From: an uncultured virus (IMG/VR IMGVR_UViG_3300036791_001015)
Taxonomy: Duplodnaviria; Heunggongvirae; Uroviricota; Caudoviricetes
Direction: 5' to 3' (one strand)
DNA length: 64,000 bases
Virus record (IMG/VR): IMGVR_UViG_3300036791_001015
Position numbers and translations under genes: made by a program. A model generated the notes under the pieces. That model made no database searches. It had not been told where the DNA came from and was given only the letters and a program-made list of their open reading frames with translations. Shown one piece after another: positions 40,498-49,058 of the stretch. Each line of letters starts with the position of its first letter. The stretch's first letter is position 1.

Positions 40498-42276
40498 CTA
40501 CAAATCCATCAGCCGCGAACCGCTTTCGTCTTTTACGATACACAACTGCTCGACAAATCCGCTATGGGCGAGCGCCCGGTGATCACACACCCAGATCGAC
40601 CGGTTGCCTGCCTCGGCCCGCGCCCGCAGGCTCTCCAGCAGGTCCTCGACACCTTGCTCACTAAGCCAAGCAGTCGGCTCATCAAACACCTCAAAATCGA
40701 ACCGCACGCCCGCCCAGCGCTGGATGAGATTAGCCAGCCCCAGCGACACGGCAAGCCGTGCGCGCTGACTTTCGCCTCCTGACATCACCTCGAATTTGCT
40801 CTGTGCCAATGGCGAGGAGACATCGATCTGGACGCCCAGCTTGACCGTCCCCGACCGCGTCTCGGTCGCCGTCTTAAAGATTATACCCCAATCCGGCAGA
40901 CCCAACGCCAGAAGGCTGTTGCGCGTCTCCAGGCTTAGCTCCTCCAGCACGCGCTCCAGACAATAGAGGCGGACGCGGCGAAAGCCCTGCCGCCAGAAAT
41001 CAAAGCTCTGCTGAGCGACAAGCGCGTGCTGCTCATCAATCCTCTGCATCTCCAGCACGCTCTCCAGCCGCTGATATTCCGCGACCGCCTCCTGGGCCTG
41101 CGCCTCGTAGGGGCTGGTCTCCTCCGACAGGCGGGTGATCTCCTCCTCCAGGCTGGTCATCTCGCGGCTGAGGCCCGCGATCTCGGTGTCCAATACGGCG
41201 CGTTCCGCCCGGCGCTGCTGGTTCTGAAAGATCGCTGCGCGCCACGTCTCCTCCGCCCCGCTCACGGTCCCCGCCGTGGTCGCGATATCGAGCGCAGCAT
41301 TGATGATCAGTTTGTCCAGTTCCTCGACGCGCGGCGTGATGCGATCGGCAAAGGCTTCAACATGGCTGGCGTCGATCGGCTGTTCGCAGGTCGGGCAAAT
41401 CTCGTTCTCTTGGAAGAAGAGGATATTGGCCTCGATCATCGACATCTCGACATCGAGCGCCGATTTCCTGCCGATCGCCTCGGTGTTGCGGGTGCGCGCC
41501 AGCGCAGCCTCCTGGCCCAGCCGCCGCTCATCCTGTAGCGCCACCGGCTGCTTCGCCAATTCGGCGCGCGCAGTGAATTGAGCCTCGGTCTCCTCGAACC
41601 GCGCCATCAGTTCCTCGAACCGGGCCGTCTTCTGGGCCTGCCAAGCCTCCTCAAGCTCCCTGAAGCGCTCAAAGTCGCCCAAGCCCTCCTGCTGCCCCAG
41701 CGTGCGTTGGATGGCTTCACGGACCACCGTAAGCGACGCCGTGGAGGCCCGGTAAAGCACGCCCGCCTGCTCGGCAGCTTGCATCCACAATTCGAGATCG
41801 AGCACCTCATCGAGCAGGTCGCCACGCGCGGGCACCGGCAGGTCGATAAAGAGCGGCACGCCCTGCCCAAAAATGACCGAATTGAGAAAGCGTGCCTTGG
41901 TCAGCCCGACCAGTTCCTCGACCGCCTGCTGATCGACTTGTTGAGCGTCGATAAAGAGCCGGTTGGGTGGAGCTGACCGCTGGATCGTCGTCGTCACGCC
42001 GTCGATCGCGAGGCTCAGTTGCGCACTGGTGTTCAGTGTCCCGTAGGACACCAGATCGGCTGAGCGCAGGCCTTTGACCGATACACCAAACAACACAAAG
42101 CACACCGCATCCCACAATGTCGATTTACCGGCCCCGTTGGCCCCCAGACGCGGCTCAGCGCGGTTGTCGCCAGAGATGAGCTTGAGGCCCGCCCCCGTCG
42201 TCAGATCGATTGTGGTGGAGCCGATAAAAGACCGAAAGTTATTCAGTTTGATCTGGGTCAGACTGATCTGTTTCAC
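40498..42276 (-). CDS. SbcC/Rad50/gp46-like ATPase
   Basis: NFRSF, NGAGKST, CPTC zinc hook, MSGGE and VFDEP motifs. Confidence 0.9.
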   Translation of the reverse strand: MKQISLTQIKLNNFRSFIGSTTIDLTTGAGLKLISGDNRAEPRLGANGAGKSTLWDAVCFVLFGVSVKGLRSADLVSYGTLNTSAQLSLAIDGVTTTIQRSAPPNRLFIDAQQVDQQAVEELVGLTKARFLNSVIFGQGVPLFIDLPVPARGDLLDEVLDLELWMQAAEQAGVLYRASTASLTVVREAIQRTLGQQEGLGDFERFRELEEAWQAQKTARFEELMARFEETEAQFTARAELAKQPVALQDERRLGQEAALARTRNTEAIGRKSALDVEMSMIEANILFFQENEICPTCEQPIDASHVEAFADRITPRVEELDKLIINAALDIATTAGTVSGAEETWRAAIFQNQQRRAERAVLDTEIAGLSREMTSLEEEITRLSEETSPYEAQAQEAVAEYQRLESVLEMQRIDEQHALVAQQSFDFWRQGFRRVRLYCLERVLEELSLETRNSLLALGLPDWGIIFKTATETRSGTVKLGVQIDVSSPLAQSKFEVMSGGESQRARLAVSLGLANLIQRWAGVRFDFEVFDEPTAWLSEQGVEDLLESLRARAEAGNRSIWVCDHRALAHSGFVEQLCIVKDESGSRLMDL

Positions 42277-42501
42277 GCCGTATCCCCCGGTCGCGTTTAC
42301 CACTGGCGTCATAACGACAGCGCGTGCAGGACTGCCAGAAGCGGCCATGCAGGCAAGTCAAATGACTACCCTCCTTAAACTGGACCGGTCGCAGAACCGC
42401 CTTGGCTCCGGAAGCCTGCGGACGCAGCATCGCCGTGCGCTCCTCCAGATCACGCAAGGCCTCAGCCATCTGCGCAGCCACTCTCCACTGACTGTCGCTA
42501 T

Positions 42502-43479
42502 TCATCGCAGCGCCTCCAGCAAATCGATGCCCACCTGTAGCAATTCCGGCGTCAGCCCCTCGCGCTCGCCAAAGCCGCGCAGGATCGCCTCGGGCGTCTG
42601 CTCCGGATCAACACTGTCGGGCGTGCGTGCCCCCACGATGATCTCTGTCCCTGCCACGGTCACACCATGCTCGTTGGCCCACGCAATGATCTGCTGCTCG
42701 GTCTCGCCCCAGTGCTCGATCTGCGACGGCGGGCAGGCAAAGCGGATTTTGATCTGGTCGCCGTGGCGCGTCTCCAGGCGCGCGAGATCGGCGATGTCGC
42801 GGATATCGGCCATGATCTTTTTTGGCGGATTTAACGGAATTTCCAAAGTGATATTATAGTCATCGTCTAATACCAGCATCCGGCAAGGGAAGCTGTCGCC
42901 AAATCGGATGCCGTGCGGCGCGCCGACATAACAAATATTGCGCACCTGTTGCGGCACATGAACATCGCCCGAAAAAAACCGCACGTTACGGGGCAGGATC
43001 GGAAAATTCGGCACTTCCATTTGAGTGCCGTTCTCGACCACCGCCCCAGTTACTGTTTGATGCATAAACGCACACTTAAAATCGGCCAATCGCAGATCAG
43101 CCCAATCGATTTTAGGATGAGCGGTAAATGGCAACAATAATAGATGACTAAAGAACGGACGCGGTGACGAAACGTACTCAAAACCCTCGATCGTATGGCT
43201 TTGCATAAAATCGAAATAATTTGGTGGCGACATCGCGCTGTCGTGATTACCTCTCAACACAACCAACCGGGCGCGATTACATATCCGGCGGACTTCATCA
43301 ACAAGCCGATTAATAAACCGCGCTGTGAAGCGGTCGCGACGATCAACCCAATCGCCCAGAAAAAACACGTTCTCAATGCGATGTTGGATCACCGCACCGA
43401 GAACGTGCTCCCAGACTTGCCAACGATATTCGTTGGCAGATTGATCGGTGAGATGAAGATCACCAACCACCAAGTTCAT
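42502..43479 (-). CDS. SbcD/Mre11/gp47-like metallophosphoesterase nuclease
   Basis: GDLH, LGD, GNHD and SGDVH motifs. Confidence 0.9.
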   Translation of the reverse strand: MNLVVGDLHLTDQSANEYRWQVWEHVLGAVIQHRIENVFFLGDWVDRRDRFTARFINRLVDEVRRICNRARLVVLRGNHDSAMSPPNYFDFMQSHTIEGFEYVSSPRPFFSHLLLLPFTAHPKIDWADLRLADFKCAFMHQTVTGAVVENGTQMEVPNFPILPRNVRFFSGDVHVPQQVRNICYVGAPHGIRFGDSFPCRMLVLDDDYNITLEIPLNPPKKIMADIRDIADLARLETRHGDQIKIRFACPPSQIEHWGETEQQIIAWANEHGVTVAGTEIIVGARTPDSVDPEQTPEAILRGFGEREGLTPELLQVGIDLLEALR

Positions 43480-43488
43480 TCATCTCCC

Positions 43489-44218
43489 CCACGCCTGCCA
43501 TGCCTGCCCTTGCCGTGTCTTGCCTAGCCGCGCCACGCCTCGCCGTACCAAGCCTGCCGTGCCGCGCCCTGCCGAACCAGACCCAGCCTAGCCCATCCCA
43601 GCCCTGACGGGCGTTGCCAAGCCTGCCATGCCTTGCCCAACCCGACCCTGTCCCGCCTCGCTTCGCCATACCAAGCCAAGACGAGCCGAGCCAAGCCTGC
43701 CGTGCCTTGCCTTGCCTTGCCGCGCCTCACCTAACCGGGCCGTACCCCGCCTAGCCTGCCGTGCCTTGCCTTGCCGCGCCACGCCTAGCCTCGCCGGGCC
43801 CCGCCTAGCCTGCCGTGCCTAGCCTAAGCGTGCCTTGCCGTGCCTGACCGGGACTTGCCCCGCCTGCCGTGCCAGACCTAGCCTCACCTGACCCGACCTC
43901 GCCTAGCCGTGCCTGCCCTGCCAAGCCGGATCGAACCGTGCCCGACCAGACCGTGCCGTGCGTTGCCCAGCCTAGCCCCGCCATGCCTGCCGTGCCAAAC
44001 CGGGCCAAACCGCACCAGACCGTGCGCGGCCTCGCCGTAGCTTGCCGTAGCTCGCCTCGCCTGCCATACCATGCCCGGCCAAGCCCCACGCGGCCAAACC
44101 TTACGACGCCTCGCCGTACCAAGCCTGCCATACCGTGCCCCGTGTCCCCCTGCCCTGCCTTACCGAGCCGAGCCTTGCCGAGCGCTGCCCAAACCGGCCT
44201 AGCCAAGCCTGCCATGCC
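43489..44218 (-). repeat. GGY-NN pentamer array, 11 units separated by GGCA-GGC junctions; putative guide-RNA array
   Basis: Strict 5-nt phase; junction spacings 84, 64, 74, 74, 49, 54, 54, 59, 74, 69 and 50 nt; fills the intergenic gap. Confidence 0.9.
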
Positions 44219-44221
44219 CGT

Positions 44222-44713
44222 TCAAACCGGAGGCGGTGGGCCTCCCGGTCGGCCTCCTCCTCTCCCCCTCCCTCTCCCCGGCGGATCGGGGGGCGGCGAC
44301 GACCCCCCAAAACCGGCACTCAACCGATCAATACACCGGAAAACAGCGCTCAATTCCGGCACCAGATGAAAATAGCGTTCGCGCCAGCGCCTAAGCTCTT
44401 GCCATGCCATTTTCACCGCTTCAGCCCGCATTGATGCCGTGGAAAAGACGACATCGACTGAGCGGTAGCCGCCGCCGCGTCGCTGATCGCTTTGCAGGCT
44501 AAACGTTTCGCGGTGCTCCTGCACATCGACCAGATGGATTTGGATCAGGTGGCGAGCCTGATCCATCCAATGGGCAAAAGCCGCCCGCTCAACATCCCAG
44601 TCAAAGGAGCGCCCCAAATCGGAATTTGGGTGGCTGCGCGCCCATTCGACAACCGTTCTGGGATGCAAAACGCCGTTCGTATCGATCAGCGCTTCCAGTT
44701 CGTCGCGGATCAT
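44222..44713 (-). CDS. Partner protein of the RAMP gene, function unknown
   Basis: ATGA overlap with the RAMP gene; helical VVEWAR..SDL...FDWD...AA...W..QARHLI core; stop abuts the array. Confidence 0.75.
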   Translation of the reverse strand: MIRDELEALIDTNGVLHPRTVVEWARSHPNSDLGRSFDWDVERAAFAHWMDQARHLIQIHLVDVQEHRETFSLQSDQRRGGGYRSVDVVFSTASMRAEAVKMAWQELRRWRERYFHLVPELSAVFRCIDRLSAGFGGSSPPPDPPGRGRGRGGGRPGGPPPPV

Positions 44714-45504
44714 CCATTCGCCTTGGGCTTGACGATCTCGACATTCATCGGACCATCGATCTCAAAAAAGCCCCAGCCCAGACCATTAGATTTGGGGCTG
44801 TCCGCGCGGCCTTCGCCAATACCGACCTGCATCCCAGCGCGCATCAGCAAATTAAAGACATCCGCTGCACTAAACTGGCCCAAATCCCACCGCAGCTTAA
44901 CCGTCGCGTGCCAGCCCTCATCCCACATCGGACGCCAGCGCAGATCGGTGCCGCCGTTGGCATTACGCCCCCAGCCTTTATGGCATTTTGGCAGGCCCTC
45001 GATCTTGATCAACGGCGAGGCATCTTCCGCGTCATAACCATCCTGTATGACAAAGACGGTCAGCTTGGCCCGTGTCATGACAAAATCGACCAAGCGGCAG
45101 GCGCTGATCATCGCATTGCGGATCGCCGTCGCTGGGATACCATGCCAGCCTTCGCGGCTGATATGCATCGCGGCGCGGTATCCCGCCTCAAAATCGCGCG
45201 CCTCACGCTTCTTGCGGGAGCGGGCCTGTGTCCCAGCGCGCTGGGTTTCCTCCATCTGCTGCTGCGCTTTTGACGAAAACGCGTGCTGCACATAAGGCGA
45301 AGTGCCAACAATTGTCACCGTCGCATAGGCCATGCGCGGTGGTGAAATCTTCTCGGTTGATGGGGTAACCGATTTTGCCTCCGCCTCGACCACCGCACGG
45401 GCCTGTTGCATCGCCTTATCGATTTCGGCCTGTGTCATCGGCGGAATTTGAACGGCGGTAGCCGTACCGTTCTTCTTTTTGGGACCGGATTGCGGTGTCG
45501 GCAT
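44710..45504 (-). CDS. Stand-alone Cas7/RAMP-like protein
   Basis: VTIVGTSPY first strand; GIPATAIRNAM helix motif; C-terminal glycine-rich loop AGMQVGIGEGR...GLGWGFF. Confidence 0.75.
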   Translation of the reverse strand: MPTPQSGPKKKNGTATAVQIPPMTQAEIDKAMQQARAVVEAEAKSVTPSTEKISPPRMAYATVTIVGTSPYVQHAFSSKAQQQMEETQRAGTQARSRKKREARDFEAGYRAAMHISREGWHGIPATAIRNAMISACRLVDFVMTRAKLTVFVIQDGYDAEDASPLIKIEGLPKCHKGWGRNANGGTDLRWRPMWDEGWHATVKLRWDLGQFSAADVFNLLMRAGMQVGIGEGRADSPKSNGLGWGFFEIDGPMNVEIVKPKANG

Positions 45505-45579
45505 AATTCTATCCTCTCGGTTTATGGTTTACGAGAGATGCGTAATATAGCCTCTTTCTATAGGCAAGATAATTCGTCG
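45505..45579 (-). promoter_or_regulatory. AT-rich leader / probable promoter of the RAMP cassette
   Basis: CTTGCC...CTATATT elements with non-canonical spacing; GAGGA RBS. Confidence 0.45.
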
Positions 45580-45789
45580 TTAATTGCTCGTCCGCTGGCG
45601 GATCGATTGCAGATCGGCGATCATCCCATCGAGCACCTGACGCGTGATATGCGCCACGGCTACATCGCGCTCATAATCACCCAAAACGATCACCGTTGTG
45701 CCGCAGTCGGGGCAGAAGCCGATCTTGACGCATTCGGCATCAAAAATATCGTCGTCGGTCTCTTCGTGCTGGTGATTATCCTGGGTCAT
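45580..45789 (-). CDS. Hypothetical CxxC protein
   Basis: 69 aa ORF containing FCPDCG. Confidence 0.5.
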   Translation of the reverse strand: MTQDNHQHEETDDDIFDAECVKIGFCPDCGTTVIVLGDYERDVAVAHITRQVLDGMIADLQSIRQRTSN

Positions 45790-46354
45790 TGCTTGATATC
45801 CGTTCGATCAGTTCGGCAGGTTGGGCATTAGAGCCTCGTCGGCGGATTAAACGACGGTAAGCGGTTGCCGGTTCAAACAGACACACCTCCGCTTTCCATT
45901 CCGGCAGCACGATCAGCGGGCGACACTGGAAGACCATCTGCGTTGAGCGCGTGATCACGACGATCGGGTAGCGGTTTTGCCGTGCGATCAGCACCGGCAT
46001 CTTGCCGTGCCGCTCGGCCTCGTTGCAGGCCTTTTGCCAGAAGCCCCAGATGATCCCGGTCTGGCAGATAAAGCCACGGGCAAAACCCAGATCGCGGTAA
46101 TGTTTACACTCAATAAACAGCGCCTCAGCAAAATCATAGGCCTCGCGGCTGATCGCCGTCAGATCGCCTGACTGCGCCTTGTTGATCTGAATGCGGGCAA
46201 GGTCCTGGCGCAGACGCAATGTCGCGCGGCCCCCCGATAAAGCACTACGCCAGAACAAATCATCCCGCTCGCCCTTGGAGAGCCACAGCGACAACCGTTT
46301 GCACACATCCCGCTCAAACCGCGAGCCTTTTTCGTGGCCCCGCCCTGCCTTCAT
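45776..46354 (-). CDS. PD-(D/E)XK Holliday junction resolvase-like nuclease
   Basis: KGSRFERDV, GDL and IECK motifs. Confidence 0.8.
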   Translation of the reverse strand: MKAGRGHEKGSRFERDVCKRLSLWLSKGERDDLFWRSALSGGRATLRLRQDLARIQINKAQSGDLTAISREAYDFAEALFIECKHYRDLGFARGFICQTGIIWGFWQKACNEAERHGKMPVLIARQNRYPIVVITRSTQMVFQCRPLIVLPEWKAEVCLFEPATAYRRLIRRRGSNAQPAELIERISSNDPG

Positions 46355-47388
46355 CAGAGATACTTACGCAGCGGCGGGGCCATCGCGTCGGCGATCTCCT
46401 GCCAGCGCGTATTGGTCGCCGCCGTCAGTTCCGCACGAAATGTTGCCAGCTTTTCCATATCGCGCGCGCGTCGGACACGGCCCAGCGCCGCCGCATACGC
46501 ATCCAGGCCATATGTAAGCTCGCCGCGATATTTATTCTTTTTGAGCCAGTCAACCATCGATAATTCATCATCCACGCCGTAATTAAACATAATTGATAGT
46601 TCGCCCTCGGCAAAGGCCGGCCCCAGCTTGTTCTTCTTGTTCTTGAAGAACACGTGAATACCGACAATCCGCTCGACATCACTCACCGTGCGCTTGATCT
46701 TGGCGCGCTCATACAGCCAGACAATCTGCGAGGCGTAGTAATCCATCGCGTGCCCGCCCGCCCGTGTCTGGCTCTCGCCAAAGGTCACACCGACCTTCTC
46801 GCGGATTTGCGAGATCATCATCAGGCAGCAATTCGCCTTACCCAGAGGCTTGGTCATCCGCCGGAAGAATTCGCTGAGCATCTTGGCCTTGCGGCCCATC
46901 GTGGCCTTGCCAAGTTCTTCGTTGCTCATCTCCTGCGCATCGGACATCGCGTCGATACTATCGACAATGTAAAGCGAGGGGCCGCTCGGATGGGTTTCGA
47001 GCCATTTCTCGATATCGGCAAACATCTCCTCGACGATCACGGAGCCGTGACCGGTATCGTCGTCGTCGCCGGTAAAGCTGACATCGGGTGGGAGGCCTAA
47101 AACGCCAAAGGCATATTTCCGGTCAAAGCTCGCCTCGGTCTCGTTATATCGGATACTCTCGGCCCCGTGCAGCGCAGCGAAATTTATCGCTGCCTCGATC
47201 GCCAACAGAGTTTTCCCAGAGCTTGTGTCCCCTACGATATTGACCATCCGGCCTCGCGCCCAACCGCCGCTATTGCCAAGATCGAGGAGGATCGAGCCGG
47301 TCGGGAAGGTCGTCCCCGACACCGGCAGGATAAGCGGCGGCGGGGCGGCTTCCGCCGCCCCTCCACGGTTTAATCGCGGGCGGGGCAT
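46354..47388 (-). CDS. RecA/UvsX-like recombinase
   Basis: GDTSSGKT, IVDSID, ISQIREKVG and GGHAMDYYAS motifs. Confidence 0.92.
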   Translation of the reverse strand: MPRPRLNRGGAAEAAPPPLILPVSGTTFPTGSILLDLGNSGGWARGRMVNIVGDTSSGKTLLAIEAAINFAALHGAESIRYNETEASFDRKYAFGVLGLPPDVSFTGDDDDTGHGSVIVEEMFADIEKWLETHPSGPSLYIVDSIDAMSDAQEMSNEELGKATMGRKAKMLSEFFRRMTKPLGKANCCLMMISQIREKVGVTFGESQTRAGGHAMDYYASQIVWLYERAKIKRTVSDVERIVGIHVFFKNKKNKLGPAFAEGELSIMFNYGVDDELSMVDWLKKNKYRGELTYGLDAYAAALGRVRRARDMEKLATFRAELTAATNTRWQEIADAMAPPLRKYL

Positions 47389-48390
47389 CTACGTGCTCTT
47401 GCGGGTAAACCGCTCGCGCAAGCTCGCCGCTTTGGAGCCGGTCGCCGATGCGGCGACGGGAGCCGGTTCGCGGGCAGGCGCGGTGGGCGCGGGGCGGCGC
47501 GGCGCGTCGGCCTCTTCCTCTTCCGGCGGCGGCTCGTCGGACGGCGGATCGCCGGCGGTAGTGTCGAACGGCAGTTCATCGGCGGCAGGCTTTACCGCAC
47601 GCGTCAGTGTCGGACGGCCTGTCGGCGTGGGGCGCTCTGACGCCGGGCGGCCCGCGCCATTAGCCGCCTGCCTCGCACGTTCGATCGGGCGCGGGGCGTC
47701 GGCCTCAGGCTTGGCGGCCTTGCCACCGTCGAACAGGTCCTTGATCTCGTCGTAGTCGCGCACCAGCAGCGTATCGGGCAGCGGGTGGTTCTGGACAAAT
47801 TTTATCCAGTCCTCATCGACCGTTGTCGCCCGGCGCGCCAGGACGACGCCCGTGTATTTGGTGCCAATACCTTCGCCATCCTTGTCAAAATAGATGTCGA
47901 AGCCCTCTTCGGGATGATCGACAAAATAGAATTTTCCAGTCATCCGGTCGCGGCTCACCTTGGTGATATCGCGATCGAGCGTCCACGGCATCCCCCAGAC
48001 CAGCGGTCCCTTGTCCTCGTCCTTGCGATCGATGACCCAGACCAGCACGCGCTTTGACGGGCGCAAATCCTTGACCATCTCCTCGTCGCCACGCTTCTCG
48101 GCGAGCGTGCGGGCCTCGCAGACCGGGCATTTCTCTTCCGCCATCTTGAACGGGCACAGCACGGTCGCCTTGTCGGGACCCACCGAGAAATGCGTATAAA
48201 TATCCATCCCGTAATGCTTCGCGCCGTCCCATGTCGGCGGCAGGATACGGATCGCGTTCTCGCCCTTCTTCACCGTGTAAAGGCGAAACTCATCGCTGAC
48301 ATAGCCCTGGAAATTACCACCCTGCTGCGAAGCCCGCCGCTCCCAGTCCTCATCCGACCGCGCTTGATATCGAAACGATGACGCCATCAA
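47389..48390 (-). CDS. gp32-like single-stranded DNA-binding protein
   Basis: IRILPP, H...C...CPVC Zn site, EEGFDI and acidic/Pro-rich tail. Confidence 0.75.
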   Translation of the reverse strand: MMASSFRYQARSDEDWERRASQQGGNFQGYVSDEFRLYTVKKGENAIRILPPTWDGAKHYGMDIYTHFSVGPDKATVLCPFKMAEEKCPVCEARTLAEKRGDEEMVKDLRPSKRVLVWVIDRKDEDKGPLVWGMPWTLDRDITKVSRDRMTGKFYFVDHPEEGFDIYFDKDGEGIGTKYTGVVLARRATTVDEDWIKFVQNHPLPDTLLVRDYDEIKDLFDGGKAAKPEADAPRPIERARQAANGAGRPASERPTPTGRPTLTRAVKPAADELPFDTTAGDPPSDEPPPEEEEADAPRRPAPTAPAREPAPVAASATGSKAASLRERFTRKST

Positions 48391-48605
48391 GTCCTCCTGC
48401 CAAAACGATTTTCCTGCACATCGCGGATTGAACGCATAACGCCGAGACCGACCAGCCTGCCAGCGTAGTAGAAGAAGAAACCCAGGAGTATCAGACCAGC
48501 GATACCGCCCAGCGCGTACATGAGGAGGTGCAATATCTCATACATGGCGAAGCCCTAACATCGTTCGGGCCGTATATATCCCTGTTTCGAGCAATTCCAA
48601 TAGAT

Positions 48606-49058
48606 TTACGTCTCCCGTCTGACTGCGTTGATCTCGCCGCGCCGCCGCTCATAAACTGTCCCTGTTGTCATATACCCCGAAACGATGAGGTCGCAGGATT
48701 TTTGCAGCGTCGAAGATTTTATCCGCAGATTGCGCACTAAATCCTCGCACAGCTTGGCATAGGTCTTCGCCTGATTAACCGCGACGCGCGCCTCCTGAAC
48801 ATCCTCGTAGAGCGGCAGCGAGCGCTCGATCGCCGCCTCGGTGATCTTCTCGTTATCCTCGCGCAGTTGCTGACCGATCTGCGCCTTGATCACGTCATAG
48901 GCCAATAAGGCAGCGCCCTCCGCATTTGACGCGTTGTAGGCGAGTTCGGCGGCGTCCTGCACCAATTGCGGCATCTTCATCAGTTCATTGTCAAGGTCGA
49001 GCAAATCGACCGGCAACTGCGCGCACAGCGCCTGATAAGCCTCGGGAAAATCGGTCAT
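48606..49058 (-). CDS. Helical protein, possibly a UvsY-like recombination mediator
   Basis: Coiled-coil composition, KITEAAIE motif, synteny with SSB and RecA. Confidence 0.5.
   Translation of the reverse strand: MTDFPEAYQALCAQLPVDLLDLDNELMKMPQLVQDAAELAYNASNAEGAALLAYDVIKAQIGQQLREDNEKITEAAIERSLPLYEDVQEARVAVNQAKTYAKLCEDLVRNLRIKSSTLQKSCDLIVSGYMTTGTVYERRRGEINAVRRET

Noticed and set aside
43489..44218. Canonical CRISPR array
   Set aside because: There are no 25-45 nt identical repeats with unique spacers and no cas1/cas2. Constant and variable positions alternate every 5 nt instead.
43460..44434. Many ORFs over the array (ARQG/ARLG and PCLA/PSRA-rich)
   Set aside because: They are translations of the 5-nt periodic repeat in several frames on both strands. 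The 5n+4 phase is incompatible with codon-level selection.
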